64,000 bases of DNA from Octopus bimaculoides (lineage: Eukaryota), in NCBI RefSeq assembly GCF_001194135.2, contig NC_068994.1, positions 58,565,892 to 58,629,891 of the forward strand. Reading direction: 5' to 3'. A model generated the notes under the pieces. That model was given only the letters and a program-made list of their open reading frames with translations. It had not been told where the DNA came from and did no database searches. Both the position numbers and the translations under genes were made by a program. Within the stretch, counting starts at the first letter, position 1, and each line of letters begins with the position of its first letter. Below, piece by piece: positions 14,641 to 24,826 of this stretch.

Positions 14641-17600
14641 ACGAGGGTGAGTCAAAAAGTAATGCCATTTTGTTTAGGACAGGTGTAATTACCAACACAA
14701 GAACATGTATCATACATCAAAATGAAGCTGGTCCTCTGTGGATCACATCCCTACTTCTCAACAAGTCACCGTTTCTCTCAATAGCAATGTTCCACCCTCG
14801 AATGAGAGCATGTATCCCTGCCCCGCATAATTCTGTTGACTGTTCTTTGAGCCACTTCTTCACTGCAGTTTTCACTTCCTCGTCACTGGACTATCATCTC
14901 TTCGGCCCCATGAAAGAGGGTTTGAGAGGCAAACATTATTCCAGTGTGTGTGTGTGTGTGTATATGTATGTATAATGTATGTATGTATATGCATTTATGT
15001 GTGTGTGTGTGTGCATTTGTTTGCGAATGCACATTCCATGCATCTTCATAAACATTGTTTGAGCCAAAATGGTGACAGTCACATTCTCCAGTAAACAGAA
15101 GTCCTGAAGTTCAGCCATTTTATTGCTTTCAATATATGAGGACTGATGGAAGGGAAAATACCTTACTTGGGAGTAAGTAAGGGTTGGCAACCGATGGAGG
15201 AGGAGGGATCCACTCATTGGATATCTGCCTTTGTAAGTTCCATCTAACTCATGCTAGCATGGAAAAAACAGACATAAAAATGATAATGATCATCATCACC
15301 ATCACCATTCTTGATTACACACACACATTCACACATAAATTATTTTTATGTTCTGTTTCAGGTTTTTAGATTCACGAGTGTTTGCTACCTGTTCAGATGA
15401 CACCACCGTGTCGTTGTGGGACGTTCGGTATCTGAGGCATGAAATACGAACACTTCGTGGCCATTCGAATTGGGTGAAGAACATAGAATATGATGCTGAT
15501 CATTGCCTATTACTTACATCTGGTTTTGATGGCAGTATATACACCTGGGACATAAACAGGTGAGTCTGATTGTATAAACTTCTGGGTACATGTATGGCTG
15601 GGTGATTAAAAACGTCATGCTTGGGCAAGCAATACGGATGAATGGACGCACTACATCTTTGACTCCTATTCTGACTCTTCAATTTATGATACCACTGACT
15701 CCTCTATTTCTATTTATAGTAATTATCTGTTGAAAGAAATACCAAATTCACACTTCATGTTTTTTTTCTCTCACAACACACACACACACATATATATGTA
15801 TGTATATATATCTGTATATAAGTATTCATATTGTCTCTTGCAGTTATTCTGTAAATGAACCAAATTTCAAACGAGTATTCCACACCAGTGGATTGATGCG
15901 TTCCAAGTTAACGCCAGACTCTTCAAAAATTGTCATTTCAACAACAGAAGGCTATCTGATCGTCATCCACAATCTCGATTTATCGTATTTGGAACAGGAT
16001 TTACGGGGATTCAAACCAAAGTTTTACCGTTTCATGCAGTTGGAGCAGATCCCTCGTCGCAACAGCACACTCTACAACCATGTCTTTGAACGGCATCGGA
16101 ACCGTGTTGAATTCATCAGTGACTTTCCCGGCCGAGATGAAGCATGTGTGATTGCATCCCTTCAGGTCAGTGCAGCAGCCCCAGGGCTGAAACAGTGTTG
16201 ATTGAATGGGTAGAGGGGTGGAGGGATGGAAGGATGGATGGGTGGGCGGGTGGACATACAGATGGTGTGGTGTGGTGTGGTGTGGTGTGGTGCATTCTGG
16301 GAGGCAGTGTTTTGTTGATGGATGGATTAATGGTGCACTTTTAGTGGAGTATGGCTGTGAGTGAGAGAAAACAATGGTACAACATTGGGGTCAAATGTTA
16401 ACATATTGAACCTAAGAGATTGAGAAAGGATTAAGAAGAAAGGTCGGTTACAACATTGTAGATTTATCCAGCTTTTGCCAGTCTGGAAATATTGGAGATG
16501 ATGATGACAACGCCAACAGTAGTGATGCTGATGAGGAGAGATGGGTCTTAAGATATTCTTTGATAAGATTATCTTCTTGGCCAGCTTTACTGGCTGCTTA
16601 AGTCTGTTTATATATTTTGTTTGTTTGGTGGATGGTTCATTAACCAGAGCAGTAAAAAAAAATATATATACTTGTCAATGATTTCAGTTTTAAGGATATA
16701 CATTTGTATTTCTTGTTGTTGCTGTTGCCTTGCTTTGCTCTCACTTCCTTTTCTTGTTTTTCAAATAGATCCACCCCCAGGGCTGGTGTTGTCTGTCTCG
16801 GAGTACAAGCAGTGATGAAAACTCAGAAGTAAGTCATCCCACCTGACATTAGTCTCACCTTAACATAGATTTTTATTTTGTTTTTGTCGTTTATTATTAT
16901 TGTTATCATCATTTCGACCTGTAAGTGCTAAACTTTAGCACACAGATTGAGAAGTTGAAACCCTACTCCTGATTACTACAGCCTTCTCTGAGTATATTGT
17001 ACATAACTCTGCCTCAGTCAGTGTGACTGATAAACAGGTTCTACACCTATTTTCTCCAGTCACTTTGTATTAGCCTAAGTCCCTTGACTTCTTACTACAG
17101 TTAAGGCAGGACAATTGCCTTGCTGATGACACCTACTGAGGTAGAAACAGGTGCCCATGACTGTCTCCAGACAATAAAATTGTCTTTTTTCCTTAATGGT
17201 CTTTCGATTTTGAACAGTTCTTAATTCTTGCGATTATCTCCCCTTCTCATATGGATTTTAGTCTCTGTCATTTGGTCATTTGTGAAATATCTTCTAAAAA
17301 TGGAAGTAATTTTAATAGATTCTATTCTTAATATTCTTCTAATTGTTGTCTCTTATTCATAGTATTTTTTATTCAATCCTTGTCCAGTTGAAATTTTCTT
17401 CTTATTCCTCTTTTCCTTCCTCTTCTAATATTTTCCAGTGGACATGTCTGCATGACATTCAGGAAATCAAGATGGACACTTCTGTAGATGAACAAGATTT
17501 TGAAGACTTTGATGAGGAAATGTTGGACTACAGCCCACAGCCATCTACATCCAGTGGACCAGTGCTTGGTCGACCTATTGGTTCCATGTCTCCCATCCCC

Positions 17601-18677
17601 ACACGTTCACCTTCCCCGACCTCAAATTCACGCTCGTCCAGTCCCTCCTGGCTGATCTACGTGCGTGTGCAATCACCGACCCCTGAAAATTCAGCTTCTG
17701 ACGACGACGACAATAATCACCATGAACGTGATGATTACGATGATGATGATGATGATAATGAGGGTGGTGGTCGTGGGAGGGGTGATGGCTCAGATTCTGA
17801 CTTTCTGCCGAGAGGTCGTGTGAACCCAAGTCGACCTACTCGCAACCGGATTCTATATTATCGAACTCCCCGTGTTGACCTCAGCCCTTCCTCGTTCTCC
17901 ACATCACACCAACAGAGACAGAGTATCCCAGGCAATAATCCCGTCAGAGGATCAAATGCATCATCATCCCAAACTGATAATAGGAGCAGGAATGTGACCA
18001 ATGGAACAACCCAGGATCGTTCTTCAACATTCACTGAATCAATGCAACCAACAAACAGTTTTTTGCCTGCACAGCAGCAAGAAATGCACCGAAGTGCAAC
18101 CACAAGTAATTCCAACCGACACGAAACAGTAAACAGTTCCTCTCTATCTTCTTCCTCCTCAAGGCACCATTCCTCAAGAGGGGAAGTGAGCTCCATGGAA
18201 ACTGGCCGTCCTGAGGCAAGCACCAGTGGGAGCTCGTCCCGCATGCCTGCCGATTACACGTTGATATTTCGTGCTGGGCAGCAGCCCCATCAGCAACAGA
18301 AGCGGATGCTGGCTGTTTGCTCGGGTGTTAAGTCATGCCCTTCACATCTTTATCGCATCCACAAAAACCAGCCACGCCTGCTTTATTACAGCGAGGAACC
18401 AAATGTCGGTCGAGGCTTCATTAAAGAGCTCTGCTTCAGTTCAGATGGCCGACTCATTTGCTCACCGTTTGGCTTTGGAACACGCCTACTTGCATTCAAC
18501 CCACAATGCCTCGAGCTACCTGACTGTGTGCCACAGCGACCACTGAAGATGTGTGAGGTGGCATGCAACATGGCACACACCAATGTTGTGGTGACGGCCA
18601 AGTTTGCACCAAATCATTGCATGTATGTGGCAGGTTGCCTCAATGGACGAGTCACGTTTCACCAACCTGTCTTATGA
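10583..18677 (+). CDS. DCAF10: DDB1- and CUL4-associated factor 10 (WD40 repeat protein, WDR32), 710 aa
   Basis: Exons 10583-10782, 14403-14516, 15362-15559, 15844-16165, 16769-16828 and 17439-18677 (2133 nt, GT-AG, phases consistent). Motifs HGGIFNFDFSPEG, FATCSDDTT, GHSNWVKNIEYD, LLTSGFDG, LTPDSSK, IHPQGW, EEPNVGRGFIKELCFSSDGR and GCLNGRVTFHQP match DCAF10. Confidence 0.93.
12400..12545 (-). mobile_element. RTE LINE C-terminal fragment in DCAF10 intron 1
   Basis: Minus-strand GRPRKMWDEVVRIDLRILSFTKVMT. Confidence 0.55.
14642..14946 (-). mobile_element. Mariner transposon 3' end remnant in DCAF10 intron 2
   Basis: TA followed by the TIR CGAGGGTGAGTCAAAAAGT at 14640-14660; minus-strand peptide DEEVKTAVKKWLKEQST; adjacent plus-strand DYHLFGPMKEGLRGKHY. 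Confidence 0.8.
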
Positions 18678-19099
18678 GTCTCTCTCCCTTTCTCCCTTTC
18701 TCTCTCTCTCTTTCTTTCTCTCTCTCACTCACCTCACTTACTCTGTCCCTCCACCTTCACAAATATGGACAGTGAAACAGACTTTCTATACATAGATAGA
18801 AGCAACTTGTCGGCTCTATCGGCCTACCCCCCCCTCTCTTCTGCACACTTGCACATACACGCACACATAACACATGCACATTTCAACGCAAAAGTGCAGT
18901 TGCAGACAAGTACTCACACACACATACATATACACAACAGTGAGTAAACCGCACACAATCCAAGAGGTGTTGGTCATGGTAGGGTGGGAGAAACAAAGTA
19001 AGGAAACTAAACATTAGGTTAATTTCCTTTATTTAAAGAAAATTATTTTAACTTATTATTGTTGTTGTTTTTATTCTTCTTCTAATTATTCTTGTCCTC

Positions 19100-19836
19100 A
19101 TTTCACATCCTGTCTAGGTTGACTCTGCCTTTTATACCACTGGGATCAATAAAATCCTGTACCAGTTACATACTGGGGTCTTTAGTCGACTGTATCTTTC
19201 CTCCCTTTTCTATTTGGCCTTGTATCTATGTACACTGTTGTCACCATCATCATCATCACCATCATCATCAGTAGAATCATTAGAGCTGTGGGAAAATTCC
19301 AAGTTCAAATTGTGCTGAGGTCAACTTTACCTTTCATCCGTCTGAGATTGATTGAGTGAAGAAGGACCAGTTGAAGTACAGGGGTTCGATGATATCAACT
19401 GACCCCACTTGCCCTCAGTATTACTGGCCTTGTACCGAGATGAGGAGCAATCATTTTTAAGAGTAGTGAATTGGTGGATTTGTTACAGGACCAGACAAAA
19501 TGCCTGTCGTCCTTCCAGGATTGATAACATAAAAAGTACCCAAATCAAGTTACTGGGGTCAATGTGATTGACTAAAACCACCCTTCAAAATTTCTGGCCA
19601 GAAACGATTATTATTATTATTATTTTTATTAGGGCAGTGAGCTGGCAGAATCATTAGTATGCCAGGCATTTTGTCTGTCTTTACATTCTGAGTTCAGATT
19701 CCGCCTGGGTTAGCTTTTCGCTTTCATCCTTTCGAGGTTGATAAAATAAGAACCAGTTGTGTACTGGGGGAGAATCGCTGTAATTGACTTACTCCCACCC
19801 CCTTGAACTTGCTGGTTTTCTGCCAAAATTTGAAAC

Positions 19837-19871
<35 letters not shown>

Positions 19872-20282
19872 TGAGGAGTTCAAATTCTGCCAAGGTCACG
19901 TTTACCTTTCATCCTTTCGGGGTCGATAAATTAAGTACCAGTGAAACACTGGGGTCGATGTAATCAATTAGTCCCCTCGCCACAAATTTGAGGCCTTGTG
20001 CCTCCAACAGAAAGGGTTATTATTATTATTATTGGAGCAATAGCTATAAACAGACTCGATTGTATAATGGACAAGTCGCTTTGAGCTATTTCGTCATATC
20101 ATAATAATGTCGGTTCAAATCCCTCTTGTTTTCTCTGCACTTTTTGTCTTTTTCCTAGATGTAGGGTGGGAGCTTAATAAAATAGAGTACCAGTCATATA
20201 CTGGGGTAGATTCAATCACTGACATCCTTCTCTAAAATTTGCTGCCTTGTGTCTCAGAAATCATTCAAACCATAATAATTAT
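19100..20282 (+). repeat. Tandem array of about six copies of a (TTA)n-tailed tRNA-derived SINE
   Basis: Repeated core gaggtc(a/g)actttgcctttcatcctttcggggtcgataaa..gtaccag...actggggtcgatgtaat near 19120, 19320, 19510, 19710, 19890 and 20150; several units end in (TTA)n. Minus copies at ~35420-35720, 36480-36690 and 37130-37330. Confidence 0.75.
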
Positions 20283-20329
20283 TAAAACTGCAAGGACCAA
20301 CGACAAACATTTGCCTACTCAGCCTCCAT

Positions 20330-20720
20330 CGACTCAATGAAGGAGGTGAGGCTGGAAAAGAAGGTGCTGCCCTCTATAAATTTGTTGAGAGATGAGTGTG
20401 AATGGTGAGCTTGGCTTGAGTGAATGGGTCTACTCTCAGCATGTGCCCGTATGACAGAGAATCAAGCTGGAAGAGGGCATTCGATAGCCAGGGCAAGCCT
20501 GGATCTTTGAGCTCCTAGGTTTACCCTAGGGGACTGTCCCCACTCCTGTTGGGGATCTTTTCCTTGTTGATATTGTATTGTTATTTGTTGTTACTGTTAT
20601 TTTCTTTTCTTTTTTTTTGCCCAATGTAAACCCTGCTCCCCATTGTTTTATATCTTGTCCTTGTAATGTTTCCAATGCCTTGGGCTCTTGTGGCCAATAA
20701 AAGTTTATTATTATTATTAT
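20330..20720 (+). mobile_element. Probable L1/Tx1-type LINE 3' end
   Basis: Decayed EVRLEKKVL-like ORF end, T-rich 3' UTR, AATAAA at ~20696 and a (TTA)n tail. Clade assignment is from recall only. Confidence 0.4.
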
Positions 20721-20832
20721 CAGTCAAATACTGGACTTGATTTAATCAACTATACCCATGCTATCAAATTTCTATGTTTGTACTTATCTTAGAAATTATT
20801 ATTATTATTATTATTATTATTTCACTTATGCA

Positions 20833-21027
20833 CATTTCAGCTGATATACCCTCCAATCTTCATCAGGTGTCTTGGGGAAATTTCGAACCTGGTTTCTCAT
20901 TCCCCAAGACACCTGATGAAGGCTGGAAGGTATATCAGCCGAAACGTTGTGTTAACAACAAACAAGATGAGGACAAATATCCGTCAAATGGAAATAATGT
21001 ACATAATTCCTCATTTCTTAAATATAG
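20833..21027. mobile_element. Inverted pair of a ~130-bp hammerhead-bearing repeat (Penelope/retrozyme-like, non-autonomous)
   Basis: Left arm 20833-20879 is the reverse complement of 20899-20947; the plus unit runs on to ...aattcctcatttcttaaatatag (21027). The same unit recurs at 57257-57470 and 47761-47835. Confidence 0.6.
20908..20953 (+). ncRNA. Minimal type I hammerhead ribozyme motif
   Basis: GACAC-CTGATGA-A-GGCTG(GAAGGTATAT)CAGCC-GAAA-CGT-T-GTGTT: stem I GACAC/GTGTT, core CUGAUGA, one extra A before stem II, 5-bp stem II, GAAA, palindromic ACGU stem III, predicted cleavage after GUU at 20948. Activity untested. Confidence 0.7.
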
Positions 21028-21742
21028 AACTGTAGAAGACATTTGCCCAAGGTGCCATGCAATAGGATTGAACCCGGATCCATGTGGTTGCGAAGCAAGC
21101 TTCTTAACACACAGCCATGCTGGTGCCTATTAAATTATTGTAATGGTTGATGAAAGTTACCAAATGCATGAAACACAATAGGTTAAAACTAGCATAAGGA
21201 AGTGAGCAAAAAAAAAAAAAAACTAATTAATTAAAACTATTTTGCAGTGAGTAGAAAGCTATACCAGCTCTGTGACTAATGTTAATCCCAAATGGTTATT
21301 GCCATCATTTGGTTAAAATCACATGTTGACTGACTACAGGTGTAAGTTTTGTTAATTAAAATTCCAGAGCTGATTTAATTAATGGTAATCATTAAACCTA
21401 ATGTTTTCCTCCCCTCCTAGCAATGTTAATTTATTTTTAATTGCTGACTTTATTATGTCAGCACATAATTAGCTAAAATCAGTGCTGAAATATGTCTTAG
21501 AACTACACCTAAATTGGAATGTTATGGCAAAATTGTCGTTAAATATTTTAGAGTTTGAGACAAAAGACTGAGAAATGGAAATCATAAACAAATATAAAAA
21601 TGAAATCTTCAACACCAAGTGGATGCAGATATTATCTAATTTAAAAGATGTAGGTTCTGACTTCACTGAAGCTGATGAAATCCAACCAGGTTGAAATCAA
21701 GGTCCTTCATTATTATGTCAACTTGTTGTCTTCAGATCAGTG

Positions 21743-22017
21743 CAGGTGTGGCTGTGTGATAAGTAGCTTGCTTCCCAACACATGGTCCCAGGTTCAGTCC
21801 CACTGCTTGGCACCTTGGAAAAGTGTCCTGTGCTATATTGCCTAGGGCTAATCAAAGCCTTGTGGGTGGACATTTGGTAAATGGAAGCTGAAAGAAGTCT
21901 GTTGTGTGTGTCTGTGTTTGTCCATCACCATTGCTTGAAAATCGGTGTTGGTTTGTTTATGTCCCCATAACCTAGCTGTTCAGCAAAAGAGACTGGTAGG
22001 AGAAGTACCAGGCTTTT
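21743..22017 (+). mobile_element. tRNA-derived octopus SINE (head, conserved core, internal (TG)n)
   Basis: A/B-box-like head (ggctgtgtgataag...ggttcagtcccac), core ggcaccttgg..aagtgtc..aaagccttgtg..gatttggta..ggaa.ctgaaagaag. Other copies at ~9875-10250, 22630-22900, 41515-41880, 44432-44865 and 63745-63935. Confidence 0.75.
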
Positions 22018-24245
22018 CAGAATAACTGTTCAATTTATTATTAAATTTACTGTTTATATCTTAATCATATTACAATTATTTGAATTTCTAATATTTATTC
22101 TTTTAAGGAAAAAAAGTTTTTTGAAATAGAATATCCTTCTTAGTAAATAATATATCAGTTATCTTTCTTTAGAATTCTCATTAACTCAACTTGTCTTCTA
22201 CTCTACCTTTAGAATACTGACCAAATAACATTTCCATCATCACCTGAACAGCCTGGTTCTATATATTTCCTGTGTCTAATTGAAATGGTCAGTAATAGTT
22301 TTAATGGGGTAGGAATTTTGCTATAAACATTCTGCAAGTTGATGGGTGAGATAGAGGAAACTATCATATTACATTTTTCTAGAATGATCAGAGGAATACC
22401 ATTCCTGAGCTGGTCTGCTGAAATACCTCCCACCTTTCTTATACTGGCCAACTATTAGTTTTATTATTATTTATCTCTCTTAAAATATTCTCTATTTTAG
22501 GCAGAGTGCTATAGCTTTGATAAGGATAGGATGGTGTTTAATTTCTCTATCTCGGTAGATTCATAGTCAATCAAATATGGCATTGATTAATATCCACAAT
22601 TACTGCAGTAAATATATATATTTACTTCTCAACGATATGGTCTCATGTTCAATCCCACCACATGGCACCTTGGGCAAGTGTCTTCTTCTATAACCCTAGG
22701 CTGACCAATACCTTACAAGTGGAATCGGTCAACAGAAACTGAAAGAAGCCCATCGTATATATGTATATGTGTGTGTTTGTCTTAGCATTGCAAGACAGCT
22801 GTAAATGAGTGTCACCGTCATACAGGCAGTGTCCTTCATTTCCGATCTTCCACGGAAACATGTCTGGCCATGTTAAGAAATATTACTTCTCTTGGAAACA
22901 GGAAGGACATCAGGCCACAAACAGACTTTGTCCAGCCCATGCGAGCATGGAAAAGTAGACGTTAAATGATGATGATATATAAGTATAAATATGCAGGTGT
23001 CACATAAAAAGCACTCAGTCGACTCTGCGAAGTGGTTGGCATCAGGAAGAGCGTCCTGCTACAGAAAAAATGGTAAAACAATCTCAGAACCTGGTGCAGC
23101 TCTCTGGCTCTGCCAGCTCCTGTCAAACCATCCAACCCATGCCAGCATGGAAAACAGACGTTAAATGATGATGATGATTGATATACACACACACACATGC
23201 ATATTTATCACTTGCATCAACCAGACTACTGAGTGCCATAGTACACTGCTTGTCACAATGCACGTGTTGCTACTCCACTGGTGAGGAAGGTGGGCCAGCA
23301 TTTCATCGGAACTAATCTCCAGTCTTTCTCACAGTTCCCCAAACATGGTTGAATACACTGTCAGCCTGGGAACTGAAACCACTCTCTTGCAATCAGGAGT
23401 GCAACATCCTACCCATGTGCTCTTCACACACACACACAGATACTTATATAAACATATATCATCATCATCATCAGCATCACTTAACCTCCGTTTTCCATGT
23501 TGACATGGGTTGGACGGTTTGACTGAAAACTGGTAAGCCGGAGAGCAGCACCAGGTTCCAGTCTGATTTGGAATGGACCCCAAGAATGTAGTGGATGCTT
23601 TTTACGTGCCACTGGCACGGGTGTCAGTTACCTTATACCAGCATCGGCCACGATTTTGATCTCACTTGGCTCGACAGGTTTTCTAAAGCACGGTATATTG
23701 CTAAAGGCTTCGGTCACCTGTCACTGTTTCCCACGAGGCCCAACGTTCAGTGCTTTTTACATGCCACCAGCAAGAGTGCCAGACACATGGCACTGGCATC
23801 GGCCATGACTATTATTTTACTTGGCTTGACATATATATATATATAACATACCAACAAATATACATCTGTATATACACACATACATGCATATATGATGTCT
23901 TGCAAACAAAGACATCATACATGCATGTATGTATATATACATACATGGTACATGTATGGATTACCTATAAACACGATACACAAATATAGAAACACCTATC
24001 GATGTAACGTTCGCGGGCTCAATAAGACTGACAGAAACATTAGCCAAATGCCCCTCAGATTACACTCTGCCATGTTAAATAAAACGCTAAGAACACATTA
24101 GATAACGTAGTCCAAAATACATTGTCTGAATTTTTTTTAAAAATCATCAATAAAACAGTATTTTCACAGCTGAAACACCTTTGATCCTTGACCTGGGGCT
24201 AAACAAACAAGTCTTCATAAGAAAAGCACTCACACATTGATATAT

Positions 24246-24285
<40 letters not shown>

Positions 24286-24340
24286 GACAGACAGACAGAT
24301 AGGTAGATAGATTAGAAAGAAAAATGTCCCATCAATTCCA

Positions 24341-24826
24341 TCAGTCTATATTGTCTGAACAATAAGGCAGCTTGCCGAATTTAAAGAGAGGCCAGATCTT
24401 GAGGCAAACTCTGCCCTTCAACAGCCCATAAGGGACTGGTCCGTAGAAACGCGAGTCACTTGAGTTTGACTTATTGTCCCCTTCCAACCAGACATGTCCA
24501 CGGGATACATACTGGAAACAGTTCTCAATGTCGTTGTAGATGCAGTCGCCCTCGAAGGCCACAAGTCTTTTACAGATGAACGATTTAGGGTTCTCGGGAG
24601 AGATAGAAACAACGACGTCACCTTTCTGGAGCCTGTTTCGTCTCACCGAGATCTGTTCAGTGAGGACGATGTCTCGGTTGAGTATTGTTGGTTCCATAGA
24701 CGGTCCGGAGCAGTAAACCACACTGCCAATATAGCTGTTCACACAGTAAGCCATGCAACCTACCTGGACGAGAGTGAAAGAAATTCGGCCAAATTTGGTC
24801 AGCAAGGACACTGGCCGCCATTTCAT
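24341..24826 (-). CDS. IMMP1L: Mitochondrial inner membrane protease subunit 1 (S26 peptidase), single coding exon, 161 aa
   Basis: Uninterrupted ORF with CSGPSMEPT (catalytic Ser), ICKRLVAFEGD (catalytic Lys), GHVWLEGDN, DSRFYGP and KIWP; colinear with recalled human IMMP1L over its full length. Confidence 0.93.
   Translation of the reverse strand: MKWRPVSLLTKFGRISFTLVQVGCMAYCVNSYIGSVVYCSGPSMEPTILNRDIVLTEQISVRRNRLQKGDVVVSISPENPKSFICKRLVAFEGDCIYNDIENCFQYVSRGHVWLEGDNKSNSSDSRFYGPVPYGLLKGRVCLKIWPLFKFGKLPYCSDNID

Noticed and set aside
21743-21810. tRNA-like sequences here and at other SINE heads
   Set aside because: They continue into SINE bodies and do not form complete cloverleaves; not tRNA genes.
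22209-22451. 80-aa minus ORF vaguely like a DDE transposase
   Set aside because: No catalytic motif could be identified with confidence by eye.
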